This document shows, piece after piece, positions 13,551-26,200 of a DNA stretch of 63,847 nt (positions are counted from its first letter, which is position 1; every line of letters starts with the position of its first letter). The DNA is from Octopus bimaculoides (lineage: Eukaryota): the NCBI RefSeq assembly GCF_001194135.2, contig NC_068997.1, forward strand, positions 30,497,495-30,561,341, in the 5' to 3' direction. The position numbers were made by a program, and so were the translations under genes. The notes under the pieces were generated by a model. The model worked only from the letters and a program-made list of their open reading frames with translations, searched no databases and was not told where the DNA came from.

Positions 13551-14659
13551 TAGACAGTTTTTCTAAGTGTAAAATACCAATGTCCTCAGTTATGGTAAGA
13601 TTTTTTTTTTTTACATGAACTGTTCGCCAGATATTGTATTCTTGATATCTTTGTGTCTGACAATAGAACTTAGTATATTGCAGATGAGTTCAAAACATTT
13701 TGTGCAATGTTCATTATCAAACATGTGACCACTCTGCCATATTATCCTAGGTCAAATGAGCAAGCAGAGTGTTTTGTTGATACATTTAAGTGGTCTTTAA
13801 AAAAAGCGAACAACAAAATAATGGATGGCCTTGCACTTCAACAGTTTTTGAAAATATATTGAGTCACACCAAATCTCAATACTTCATCTGGAATGTCACC
13901 TGTGGAATTAATGTTCTCTAGGAAGATTAGATCAGTGTTTGACAAGTTGTTACTGGGTAAAAAAAAAAAAGAGAGATTTTGGACAACAAATTGAATACAA
14001 AATTTTTTTAAATTAGTAACCAAGTTTTCTTTAAAATGTATAAAAGCAATAAAAAATGTGAGAAGATGAAGTAGTTACTTAACAGATAGGGAAAGTGTTA
14101 TTTTTGGTAAAAAGTCACAACTACGAACATAAGTGACATACATATAAATCAATTAAAAACAGTAAGGTTTGCTGCAGAAAATGGTCACAAGTAATGAAAT
14201 TCCAGTAGAATTCTCTTTGATGATATATTTGATGTCCCAACACCTAAACAAATTGTGGAAACATGCTCAAAAACAAATAAAAAAAAAAAAAAAACGAACA
14301 GAAGTATTTGAAATAGACTCTAAATNNNNNNNNNNTGGAGCTAAATTCTCAAAAAGGGGAAATGTTAAGGGAAAATAGTGAACACCTCCACATAACTGAT
14401 GGTGGACAAACTGATTACAATAAATAATAACTGAGTGAACTGTAAGCAGAATAGTTAACGGTGTTAGTTCAACTGTGTTGGTTAACCATGTTAGTTCGAC
14501 ATGTGTTGGTTTAACATTCAGTAAATGAACAATGACTGCTGAATATCGTACCTACATTCAAGAAGAATGGAAAGCATTCTGTGTTAACATATATTTCTGC
14601 AATAAGTTATTTTTAGATAACCACAGCCAATTATTTATTTGTATAATACCATTTTACAC

Positions 14660-15230
14660 CAGACATGTATATCCATGTCATAACAGTTGTGAAGATTTAT
14701 CCTTGACAATCCACTGCCTTTTGTGTTAAACATTGTCATAAAAGACCCATTTTTCATCAGCTGTAATGATATTATTGAGAAACAAGTCATTTCTCTTCCT
14801 TGCAAAAGACTTGTTACCAAAGACATGCAACCTTACTTATTCTTCTCACTAATCCAAACACCCAGCTAGCTGCCTTTTCAAGTGGTGGTAAATGATGGAT
14901 TGGGATGTACTGAGATTCAGTTGCTAATTCCTGAGTACTTTTATGGAGGATTGAATTACACTATTTCTCTTAAAATAACTGGATTGAAGTCTGATGTGCA
15001 TCCTGGTCTGAGTTGTTCCCTCAATGATAAATCTCTGGAACAAAACATTGGAAATCAATTCCGCACTTGCTGGTCAGCAATGACTCCTTGGCCATAAATA
15101 CTGTATATTTTCTTGGGTGCTTCATTCTTAAACTCTCACAACATCACATGTTGGATATGCACTTTCAGTTCATCCATTTTAGGAGAGTGAAATGTAATAT
15201 CAAACTATGATGTGTACGTTTTCACTGCTT
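14660..15230 (-). mobile_element. Mariner transposase N-terminal fragment
   Basis: Minus strand reads FLNNIITADEKWVFYDNV*HKRQW (first catalytic D region) with upstream HTH remnants. Confidence 0.7.
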
Positions 15231-16106
15231 AAATATGAATGACAGCCAAGGCTCTATTAAAAACAGTAATTTCCATTTCAGTTTCAAACATCTCAAGCTT
15301 GAAATGTGTCGTTATAATTTACTTCCAAAAACAAAATTTATTTATGATTTGGCCCAATAATTTGCGAGAAGAAGAGCTCTCAACTCGAATAGGAAGAGAA
15401 ATTGAGCAAGTCGCTGTGTGCCAAAGGACAGGATAGAGTATATTAGAGGGATAGGGTCTTGCTATAGAGGAAATACTTGGCTACTCCAATAGGAAAAGAA
15501 AGGAGATGAAAGAGAGTTAAAGAGAGAGATGGTCAGAGTGAGAGAGAGAGAAATAGATAGTGTTGCAGATGCATTGGAGTGGGAAGGCTACCTGCAAGAA
15601 ACATTTAGGGGGAGTACAAGTGGTACAGAGGGGACACAGAGCAATGTTCCATAAGAGTGTGCGGGGAGATGTTTAGAGGTGAGGAAGAGGTGACTAGCAA
15701 ATGATGGTGAGAGAAATGTGAGATGAAGGAGTGTACAGATAGGCAAGTGAGAGAGAGTGGAGGGGTCTGTGGCAGGTGGTGAACATAGGTGGCGGAATGA
15801 GGTGGAGTGTCGGAAATATGGGTCTTGGGTCAGTTTTGACTGTGGACAGATTATGTTGTGTGTGTGTGTCTGTTTGAAGAGGAGCTTAGTTGTAAAGAAC
15901 ATGGCTGTATGTATGGATGGCCACAGCTTTACTTAGCTTGATGTGTCTGGTGTAGTACTGTAAAATGCCAGAATTCATGGTCCCTTGTCAATTCCTCTGT
16001 GAGGTTCAACCTCCAAAGCTCCTTTCTCACCACTTTGTCCCACTTTTTCTTCAATCTACCTCTTTCACAAGTTGCCTTCACAGCTAGAGATTGGCATATA
16101 TGCAAA

Positions 16107-16968
16107 CAGGTTGTGATGGGTAAATTGTTATAATTTTATATTTTTATTTTCGTGCATGTGCATTGTTTATTTTAATTTTGTCATCAACACAGAATAGTAG
16201 AGTCAGTTGGGCACCACTTGTGTCAAAAACAGCACCATGACACAATTCGCTCTGTCAGAAATTTGGAAATGACATGCTGTACTGCTTTGTATTCATCCTG
16301 GAAGCTCCAATACAAACATTTCAGAGTGGGTGTCAATCTTAGGACACATACCAAGAGTGATAAAAATCAAACATCCAGTCAACATCATGGTGTTTGGAGT
16401 GATCACTAGTGATGGTAATGTTATGCCTCCATTCATCTTCCCACACAGCCTCACACTCAACATGGAGGCCTACATCAAGTGCCTGGAAGAGGTAGTGCTG
16501 CCCTGGGTGAAGAGGATGGCTGTTGGAAGATCTTATGTCTGGCAATAGGACTCTGCACTCATAAAGTAGGAGAACCTATTCACGGATGTCAGACAATTTC
16601 TGCAACCACATGAATCCTAATGTCTAGTCATAAAACTCCCTAGACTGCAACCCACTTCATTATTATGTGTGGGGTGCGGTTGAGTGAAAAACCAACAAAA
16701 CTCCATATAACACCAAAAATGAACTGAAGGCAAGAATTATGGCAGCATTCACCAATTCAAACAAATGACCACCCAGAAGAGTTGCAGGAGATTCTGAAGT
16801 AGTCTTGAGGCTGTAGTAAAAGCCAATGATGATTTTATTGAATAAATTTACTCTTTAGTATTTCAAGATATTTTTATATAATTCTGGTAAATATATCTGC
16901 TAAAATGAGATGTCAGTGTTATCTTCATTTTTGTCTAATTCAAATGACAGTTTATTCACTGCACCCTG
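16107..16968 (+). mobile_element. Internally deleted maT-like (DD37D) Tc1/mariner element
   Basis: Imperfect TIRs (caggttgtgatgggtaaattg; ...ttcactgcaccctg-ta). Peptides KHPVNIMVFGVITSDGNVMPPFIF...RSYVWQ*DS and DCNPLHYYVWG. Confidence 0.75.
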
Positions 16969-17169
16969 TATATACATATTTTTATTCTTTTACTGGTTTC
17001 ACCCAAAGGCTGGGCAATGCTGGAGTACTGCTTTACATTGTTTTGGGGTTGCTTTTCAGGACTGTTTTTGGTGAAGAAGTGAGTTAGATGAAAAACTGAT
17101 TTTCTTTGTGCCTTCTGCCATGATGTGGGATCATCTGGGATTTTAGAAATTTATCCAGGTGATTTTTTG

Positions 17170-18625
17170 AATGTCTCCACATCGACATCCTGTGGGGACT
17201 AACAGGTGCAATTTACATGATGCCATCAATGACCAGGACTACAATTCACAGGTACCATTTACACGGCAAAGGCAATGACCATGATTATGATGCATGAGTG
17301 TCATTCACATGACACTGGCATGTCCATGACTATGATTTCATTTGGTTTGATGAGTTTTCTCAAACATGGCATATTGCCAAAGCTCTTGGTCACTTGTCAT
17401 TGCCTCTGTGTGGTCCAACATTCAATGACCATGCTTCACCACCTTGTCCCATGTCTTTCTGGCTCTATTCATAAATTCTCTCCACCATTAGATTGCAGCA
17501 CTTCTTCACAGAGTTGTCCTCATCCATACACATCCTATGACTATACCAGTGGAGTTGGCTCTTTTATACACCACATCTGATGCCTCTTATACCCAACTTT
17601 CTCTCAAGATGCTTACACTCTGTTGTACATGCTCACTGATGTTACACATCCATCGAAGCATACTCGCTTCATTTCTTACAAATCTACACATGTTCTCTAT
17701 AGTCACAAGCCATGTTTCACTGCCATGTGGCATAGCTGTTTGCACACAGGCATCATACAGTCTGTCTTTCACTCTGAGAGAGAAGCTCTTTATTACCAGC
17801 GGAGGTAGGAACTTTCTGAACTTTGCCCAGCTTATTATTATTCTAGCAGCTATGCTCTCAGAACTTCCACCCCTGCTACTGACTTGGTCACCAAGGTAAC
17901 TAAAGCTATAGTCTACTAGTTTTTCTCCATGGCATTTGATGGAATCTATTTTCTGTACATTTTTAGTGTTAATTGTACTTCTGCACCTTCCACACACATA
18001 ACTTATTTTCCCTGTAAACCTTCCTCTGATATTGCTGCATCTCTTATGTGTCCATAGCTTACACTGGGTACATCTTATGGAGTTTCTACTTATGCCTTTT
18101 CTACAGATTGAACAGGGCCATCTACCTGAAGGAATTTGTGATTAATCTGCTTTCCTAAATACTAACATTTTGGTTTTTGCTAGAGTAACTCTAAGGTCCT
18201 TTAATTTTAGATCTTACTTTCATGTTTGAAATTTCTTCTCTAGCTCTGGTAGTGATTCAGCTATAAGAGCATGGTGATCAGCATAGAGGAGCTCCCAAGG
18301 GCAGCCCGTCTTAAATTCATCTGTTATTGCCTGGAGGACTATGATGAACAAGAGGGGCTGAGGACTAATCCTTAGTGAATCTCTACTGTACCCTGAATTT
18401 TTCGCTTTACTTGTTGTCAAGCCTCATCTCACTGACAGCATTCCTGTACATAACTTGTACAGCTCTCACCAACCACTTGTTTATCCCTAGTTTCTGCATT
18501 GAACACCAGATAAAGGACCAGGGGACCCTCTCAAAGGCTTTCTCCATGTTGAAAAAAGCCAAGTACAGAGGCTTATCTTTGGCTAAGTATTTCTCCTGCA
18601 GATGCCTTACCAGAAATATATATAT
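17170..18625 (-). mobile_element. Decayed RTE-type LINE (RT, PHD-like finger, thumb, 3' end)
   Basis: YLAFFNMEKAFERVPWS, WELLYADHHALIAE and FSYLGDQVSSRGG...LYDACVQTAMPHGSETW; homologous to 62120-63713. Confidence 0.85.
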
Positions 18626-18641
18626 CATCATCATCATCATC

Positions 18642-18675
<34 letters not shown>

Positions 18676-18769
18676 ATAGAAAGGACAACAAAAGAAAGAA
18701 AGAGACCTTGATATTATATAAATAGAGGAATTTATCTGTAAAAATATGAGACACTTATTCGGTAGTCAT

Positions 18770-18830
18770 GATAAAACTCCGAGTTTCGTATGCCGGGGTG
18801 GGAACCCACACCAACATCTCTTCAGTTATC
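18770..18830 (-). ncRNA. Minimal type I hammerhead ribozyme (Penelope-associated)
   Basis: Minus strand: gataa CTGAAGA [stem II hairpin with wobble pairs] GAAAC TCGGA GTT ttatc. Stem I gataa/ttatc, near-palindromic stem III ACTC-G-GAGT, GUU cleavage triplet. Confidence 0.65.
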
Positions 18831-19496
18831 CGGCCATTGAAAATTCCTGTGAAAAATGACCGTTAAACAAAGGGAAATTACTGTGTGGTTGACCGTTATT
18901 AAGACAAAAGAGCTACAGACCACTAAGTAAAGGGGAGGGAGTAAAGGTAAGGGGGTAGAAAAGTCTATAGTGTTTGCGTACGGGCACCAATCCGTACATT
19001 CACCTATATGTATATACTAAACCAACCCCGCTTGAAACACACACATGCTCACCCACATACTCACCAAAAATTATACATATATACACATATACATATATAT
19101 ACCCTCATACACTGGTATATCCGCCTACACACCCACACGCACTCAACAGCTTTGCACCCATACACACGCACGCAAAAACAAACAAAAAACCATAGGGCTA
19201 AAAGCAAATTACAGAAGTGTGAAAAAATTATAAAGCTAAAACACGTCTATATACGCATATTTTTGCATGCAAGCACATACATCTATATACGCACATACCT
19301 ACACACATTCACAAGCGCGCGCACATATGGTCCCATGTACGTGTCTATAGACGCACATGAAAAAAGCAGGGTGGAGAGGAGAATACAGAAAAAATATGTG
19401 TGGAAAATATACAAAACATTATCTCTATAAATTTGTAAAAAAACACAAAAAATATATAAGAAATCTAAATAAAAAGTATAGAACTTTTATCTCTCA

Positions 19497-19930
19497 TTTC
19501 CAGGTGCTTTTCCACCTGCAAGTTCATTGATTGCAGTGGAGAGTTCTTCTTCCATTAGTGGTATATCGAGTTCTGTCATTTCGGGGAGCTGAGGAATGGC
19601 CTCATCAAGCTGTCTATCAATATCTCACTCTTTTGTGTACAATTTAGAGTAATGTTCCACCCATCTTTCCATTTGTTTCTTCTTGTCCGTCAGCTGGTCA
19701 CTTGTTGCAGACTTGAGAGGTGCCACTTTACTTACTGCTGGTCTGATAGCAACTCTAATCTTCTAATTTTGCTGATGTTACCCATGTCACTTGCCTGTTG
19801 AATTTCTAAGCATAATTTATCCCAGTACTGGTTGGCACATTTTCTAGTTTCTTTTTGAAGGTTGGATTTTGCAGCACATAGCTATTGCTTTGTACTTTCT
19901 GTCAGCTTTCTACTGTGCTTTATGAAGAGC
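19497..19930 (-). mobile_element. LINE (RTE-like) endonuclease-RT linker fragment
   Basis: QMERWVEHYSKL...ELSTAINELAGGKAPG on the minus strand. Confidence 0.6.
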
Positions 19931-20343
19931 TTGTGCTTTTTCTCAAGTAAATATATCTATATATATATGTATTTATATTTATATATATATATATATATNN
20001 NNNNNNNNNNNNNNNNNNNNNNNNNNNNNNNNNNNNNNNNNNNNNNNNNNNNNNNNNNNNNNNNNNNNNNNNNNNNNNNNNNNNNNNNNNNNNNNNNNNN
20101 NNNNNNNNNNNNNNNNNNNNNNNNNNNNNNNNNNNNNNNNNNNNNNNNNNNNNNNNNNNNNNNNNNNNNNNNNNNNNNNNNNNNNNNNNNNNNNNNNNNN
20201 NNNNNNNNNNNNNNNNNNNNNNNNNNNNNNNNNNNNNNNNNNNNNNNNNNNNNNNNNNNNNNNNNNNNNNNNNNNNNNNNNNNNNNNNNNNNNNNNNNNN
20301 NNNNNNNNNNNNNNNNNNNNNNNNNNNNNNNNNNNNNNNNNNN

Positions 20344-21800
20344 ATTATTAAAATCATTATATCAGGTAAAATCTTTCAGAGGGGTAGAAAAAATATATAC
20401 CATTAGGTCTTTTATGTGTTGCAATTTAGAATCATCACAGCAGGGAGAACAAAACAATATCTTCTATTCTCCCCCTGCCACCCAAAACATACTAAAATAA
20501 ATATACTGTTCAACTTAGCGAGAAGATTTTGCACGATTATATCAAATCCCCAAACCTGAGAAAAGCGACTCCAAGAACTTAAAAACACATTACTGGATAG
20601 AAAATACCCAGCCAGTCTAATCAAAAACAGAATAGATCATGCAAAAATGATAGAGATCCAAGAGTTACGGAAAACAAGAAAACACCATGACACACTTAAA
20701 ACTCAATCTTTCATATCAACACACATTCCACGAAACATGGAAGCATACAGTATCATCCACCAAAACATACCCCTCCTTATGAATGAAAAAAGCACTGGAA
20801 ACACATAAGATTATTAAAAGCAAGAAACAAATGCAATGCCTAAAAAAATTACTAGCTAGCACCAAATTATCTCCCAAAAATACAACCCCACAAGTCAAAA
20901 AGTGCAACCCCTCTAACTGCGGAACTTGCATCTTCCTCTTAGAGGGCTCAACATACAAATTTAAGTCAGGTTAAACTTTTACCATAAAATATGACTTCAC
21001 CTGTGCTTCAAAGAACTTAATCTATGTTCTCAAATGTGGAGGTTGCGGTGGGCACCACATCAGTCAAACTAGCTTAACTTTGAGGGATAGACTTATGGTG
21101 CATAGAGAACAAATCTTGGACCCCACCACTAGGAAAATTCCTGTAAGCAAGCACCTAGGCCAATGCCTCATGGACATAAACTCTAAATACCAAATCTTCC
21201 CTCTCTATCTATACACTGGCAACACTTCAACCCAGTTCCGATTAAATAAGGAAAACATACACATTAGAAAATATAAACCACAGCTGAATATCCTTTAGAA
21301 AGAAGAAAAAACCAGTAAAAAGAAAAAAAAAAAGACTCAATTTCTCCACAAAAAACAACTAGGAACAATAAACAATTTTTTAAAAACTTTAGTAACAATC
21401 TCCCACCTGGGGTTCCAAGACTGCAACTCCAAATCACCATACAAACACCAGCTGCTGACATTATCTTCCTCTAGACCAATGAAATTTTACAATCACCAGT
21501 TGCTGACGTCACCTAACTCTAGACCAATTAAAATATAACGAAATGACCCTTTAAGAGAACCAACAAACCTGAACAACTGATGACTGTCTCTACAGGGAAG
21601 CCAACCAGGCAGAACGACAAGCTTGACCACCATAAAATGAAGATGTCACCAGTATTTTAACGAATCAAAAATCAAATCCGCTCAGGGAAAAAATTATAAA
21701 TACATCTGATCCCAAAACATACCACTACAAGCGAAAACGTCTACAGAAAGAGGATCAGAGAAACTGTAAACCGAATTTCATTTTTTTACTATTTTCATTT
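20344..21800 (+). mobile_element. Penelope-like element: RT C-terminus, GIY-YIG endonuclease and 3' UTR (decayed)
   Basis: KKCNPSNCGTC, TCASKNLIYVLKCGGC and HISQTSLTLRDRLMVHREQI...RLNKENIHIRKYKPQLN. Confidence 0.8.
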
Positions 21801-22129
21801 CTTCCTGTTTTTTTTCCTCTTAACTCAGTATGACCTGTCAATCACCTCTAACGTTGTACATTCAAACAAATTGATATACAGTTTTAATATTATTGACTAC
21901 TACGAACATTTAAATCTGTACCTGTCCTCCTATTTCATAATGCTAAATTTATCTGTTTCAAACATTTTAATTTGTCAACATTGAAACTTTTAAAGATGTT
22001 TTTCTAATTCATAATGTTAAACTGTTACCATTGATAAACAAAAAATATTGTTGTAATTAGTTTGGTATATATGTAAATATATAAATAAATGTATTTTAGA
22101 CAATTACAAGTTTTTCAACTTTAGGTGCA

Positions 22130-23000
22130 TTTTCAACAACACATTTGCCTATATCTTTTCCTGCATGAAAACACCCCATAGAAATAGAAAGAAGGCAAAT
22201 TCAACAGGACTTAGTAGCTATATCAGAGAATTAAAGGACAATAATATAACATACAAACTAAAATGGCATCTACTCAAAACAGCAAATTCTTATAACTCAA
22301 CTAACAAACGTTGCGACCTCTGCCTAACTGAACGCCTCGAAATCCTAACGGCTACAACACACCTTTTAAACAAGAAATACGAAAATAACCTAATGTGTCT
22401 TCACACTACAAAATTTTCATTCTATAAGTATAATTAAATATGAAAAAATTTCACTTTCTAAGTATAATTTAATATGTAAAAAATTATTCATTTTCTAAGT
22501 ATAATTAAATATGCACTAGGTCAGAGTTAGCTCCTCCTTCACAAAAACTTAGAGTTACTCCCCTTTACCAATACTCCCAGTGCTAAAAAACAAAAAGCAT
22601 TTCGCTCGAATTTTAAAAACATCCACGTGCGGAATGCATTTGACCAAAATTGGAACTATGAGCTTTAACAGCACGCACCCTACCTCTCCTTCGTAGAAAG
22701 ACTATCAATACAACTTCGACTAAAATGTAAGACTAACTTTACCTCAACTCTATTCTTATACCACTATATGCATTACTATATTTGCTATCTTCTCTTCCTG
22801 CATCTCTCACACCATGAACTTTAACCTACTTCTCAACATTCTGAAGAGATCTGCCAATCAAATTGACAGATCGAAACGATCGTCAATGTATCATTATACT
22901 ATAATCACATAATTAATTAGTTAAATCAATGGCTAACTAGCGTAATTGACCTGCTTCTTCCGGTGTTTGTTTCTCCAATCGCCACTTGATTATAATTATA
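22130..23000 (+). mobile_element. Second Penelope-like element: GIY-YIG C-terminus and 3' terminal region
   Basis: NSTGLSSYIRELKDNNITYKLKWHLL...KRCDLCLTERLEIL...LLNKKYENNLMCLH (ORF 22165-22437), followed by a hammerhead. Confidence 0.75.
22836..22889 (+). ncRNA. Minimal type I hammerhead ribozyme, intact core
   Basis: acatt CTGAAGA gatctgccaat-caa-attgacagatc GAAA C GATC GTC aatgt. Stem I acatt/aatgt, stem II 10 of 11 pairs, palindromic stem III ACGATCGT, predicted cleavage after C22884. Confidence 0.85.
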
Positions 23001-23166
23001 AACTGCAGTTTAAACGATAAATTACCTGGCTCAGGATACCTTCTAACAAAGACGGTACCCACACAGGTAATCTCCAGGCTGGCCTTCAGATTTAATTATC
23101 CCCTGGTTGCTTAAACACTTCAGCCTACCCCTTGAATGTTTAAACAATCCTATCATATACCTATAT

Positions 23167-23199
<33 letters not shown>

Positions 23200-23200
<1 letters not shown>

Positions 23201-26200
23201 GATTTTTATGATATTCTTCTGCAGACCACCACTATGACAAATGAGAAGGATCTCATCTGCGTGGTTGGGAAATTCAATGGGAATGATAGTCAGACAGTAG
23301 CCCAGTATTTTCCATGGGGGCCATGGAATTGATTGCCGAAACGGAGAAGGAACAGAGCTACTGGAGTTCAGTGATTCAAATAACCGATTGGTCTGCAATA
23401 CCAACTTCAGGAAGCTGATCAGCCACCTGATAACCTACCAATCAGGTGGCTACACTAGCCAGATCAATTACATTGTCACCAGACAGTGAGATGTATGGTT
23501 GCTCTTAAATACAAGGACCCTCCCTGGTGAAAAATGTATCCCCCAGCACAGACTAATCATTAGTGACTTTAGACTCAAGGTCAGAAGGATGCCAAGAAGC
23601 AGACCAATCTGGAAAAGAGGGATTTGGGACCTTAAGGACCCTTCATATGGTTAGAGATTTAAGGACATTGAGAAATTTGATGAGAAGGAAGAGGAGCTAC
23701 AAATTTGTGACATAGAGGGCAACTGGGAATTTCTGCAGGTCAGCTTGCTGAGTGGCACAGACCAAATGTGTGGGTGAGGTAAAGTTCCAACCAGACCTAG
23801 GGTAAGGTGGTGGTGGAATGATGCTGCAGACAGAGTTATTAGAGCAAAGAAACAGGCCTGGAAGCAGATAGCAGGAAACTGTCTCAGATAACCAGAAGGG
23901 AAGCTAGGGGACAGGTGTATCTAACCAAGGGAGAAGCAGAAAAGAGGAAGTTTGCCTATGTTCAGCAATGTGAGGACCAAAGATTCTGGATTGTAAGACA
24001 GTGTATGAGAGAAAATCGTGATGTTATTGGAGAGCAATGTGACTGCATGGATAATGGTGCACTTGCATTTAGTGATTCTGCAAAGAAAGAGGCTTTGAAA
24101 TGCCATTATGAAAGACTGCTGAATGTAAGGGATGAATGAATGGAAGGAGGTTGATCCAGTTGAAGGACTAGCTACCTGAATCAACAGTACCCAGGTAGAT
24201 AAAGCAATTACGGGCATGAAGACAAGGAAAGCCATCGGTCCTTCAGGAATCACCAGTGAGATGCTTAAGATATCTGCTGTAGGTTATGGTCTAGTCACCT
24301 GTATTGTAAATCAGGTAATTCACAAAGGAGTTATACCCAATGACTGTTGTAGCAGCACCATAGTCGACTGCTACATAAGTAAAGGTGATGCCTTAAAAAT
24401 AATTACAGAGGTATCAAATTGTCAGATCAGGTGATAAAAGTTATCAAGAAAGTCATAGCCCAAATAATTAGGGGCAGAATTAATCTATCAGGTCATCCCA
24501 TAAGTTCTGTCCGATTTTACTGTTTTTAAAAGTGAATGAAATTTAATGGTATTTTAGAATGTCTAATGGAATGAAAAATTATTTTTATGCATTTGGGTAC
24601 ATTTAAACTAATTAAATATTATTTTACAGAATAATAGAATTAAAATTTCTTTGAACATGGAAGTATCCAAAGAGCATTTGCGGCACATAATGCTTTGTGA
24701 GTACAAAAAAGGAAACTCTGCAGCTGAAGTGACTCGAAACATACACTCAGTTTATGGGAAAGAATACTTGAACGAAAGAACTTGCAGAAGTTGGTTTGCA
24801 AAATTCAGAAGTGGAGATTTCAGCCTTGAAGATGAAGATCGAACAGGACGTCCAGTTGATGATAAGCTCCTTGAAGCATTACTTGAAGAAAATCCTGCAT
24901 TATCAGTTGAAGAATTGGCAATAAAGCTTAGTTCAAACTATACAACTGTTCATTGTCATCTTCAACAACTTGGAAAGGTTCCTAAACTTGGAAAATGGGT
25001 GCCTCATGAATTGTCCGAAAGCAACTGCAAATCCCAAGTTGACATCTGCTCTTCTCTCCATTCTCNNNNNNNNNNNNNNNNNNNNNNNNNNNNNNNNNNN
25101 NNNNNNNNNNNNNNNNNNNNNNNNNNNNNNNNNNNNNNNNNNNNNNNNNNNNNNNNNNNNNNNNNNNNNNNNNNNNNNNNNNNNNNNNNNNNNNNNNNNN
25201 NNNNNNNNNNNNNNNNNNNNNNNNNNNNNNNNNNNNNNNNNNNNNNNNNNNNNNNNNNNNNNNNNNNNNNNNNNNNNNNNNNNNNNNNNNNNNNNNNNNN
25301 NNNNNNNNNNNNNNNNNNNNNNNNNNNNNNNNNNNNNNNNNNNNNNNNNNNNNNNNNNNNNNNNNNNNNNNNNTGTTACCACCTAATGCAACAATCAATG
25401 CTCATGTCTAGTGTCAGCAATTAGAGTGCTTGAACCAAGCTTTGAAGAAAAAAAGACCCGCTTTAGGGAACCGTAAAGGAATGATGTTTCATCAGAACAA
25501 TATGTGACCCTACACTGCAAAGATCACATCACAGAAGATCGAAGAGCTTGGTTGGGAAAAAATCCCTCGTCCACATTCTCCCGACCTTGCTCCTTCAGAC
25601 TACCATCTGTTTTGTAGTTTACAGAATCATTTGGGGGACATAACTTTCGCAAGCAAGGAGGAGGTCGAAACTGACATTTCAGAGTTCTTCACTTTGAAAC
25701 CAAAAGAGTTATACATTGATGGGATTAAAATGCTTGTAAATAAATGGAAGGAAGTCATAGATAATCAGGGAAAGTCCATTGATGATTAAATTTCAATTAA
25801 ATATAACATTTGATCACTTGTTTTCTTTATTCAAAATTCGGACAGAACTTATGGGATGACCTGATAGATGAGATGTAGCTTGATTTTGTGCCAGGGAGAA
25901 GCATCACTGATGCTATATTTCTGGTAAGGCAGCTGCAAGAGAAATACATAGCCAAAGATAACCTCTGTACTTAGCTTTTGTTGACTTGGAGAAAGCTTTT
26001 GACTGGTAGTCAATGCATAAACTAGGGATAGATGAGTGGCTGGTTGGAGCCGTACAAGCCAATCACGAGAGCTACTAGTAAGGTGAGTATTGGCAAGTAG
26101 TACAGTGAATTGAAGGTGCAAATAGGAGATCACCAAGGATCAGTTGTAATCCCCCCTCTTGTTCATCATAGTCCTCAAGGCAATAACCTAAGAATTTAAG

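Larger units (their letters stand above)
5225..14589 (+). mobile_element. Decayed Ty3/Gypsy LTR retrotransposon (outer element), interrupted by a hAT and a second LTR element
   Basis: 5' LTR remnant at about 5225-5290 matches the 3' LTR at 14363-14589 (TGTTAA...TTAACA, preceded by PPT aaaaaggggaaa). Gag with CFGC/CFKC knuckles at 6060-6170, protease at about 6240-6480, RT ...AYLDDILI at 6832-7149, RNase H (ASDAS, EKNYSQTEKEAL) at 7540-7880. Resumes LGHADCLSRL at 10930, with integrase zinc region at 11250-11370 and core (VDSFSK, SDN, SNEQAE) at 13551-13800. Confidence 0.85.

Noticed and set aside
22425-22515. Three ~38-bp AT-rich tandem copies after the GIY-YIG stop
   Set aside because: Probably simple slippage in a Penelope UTR; no further structure seen.
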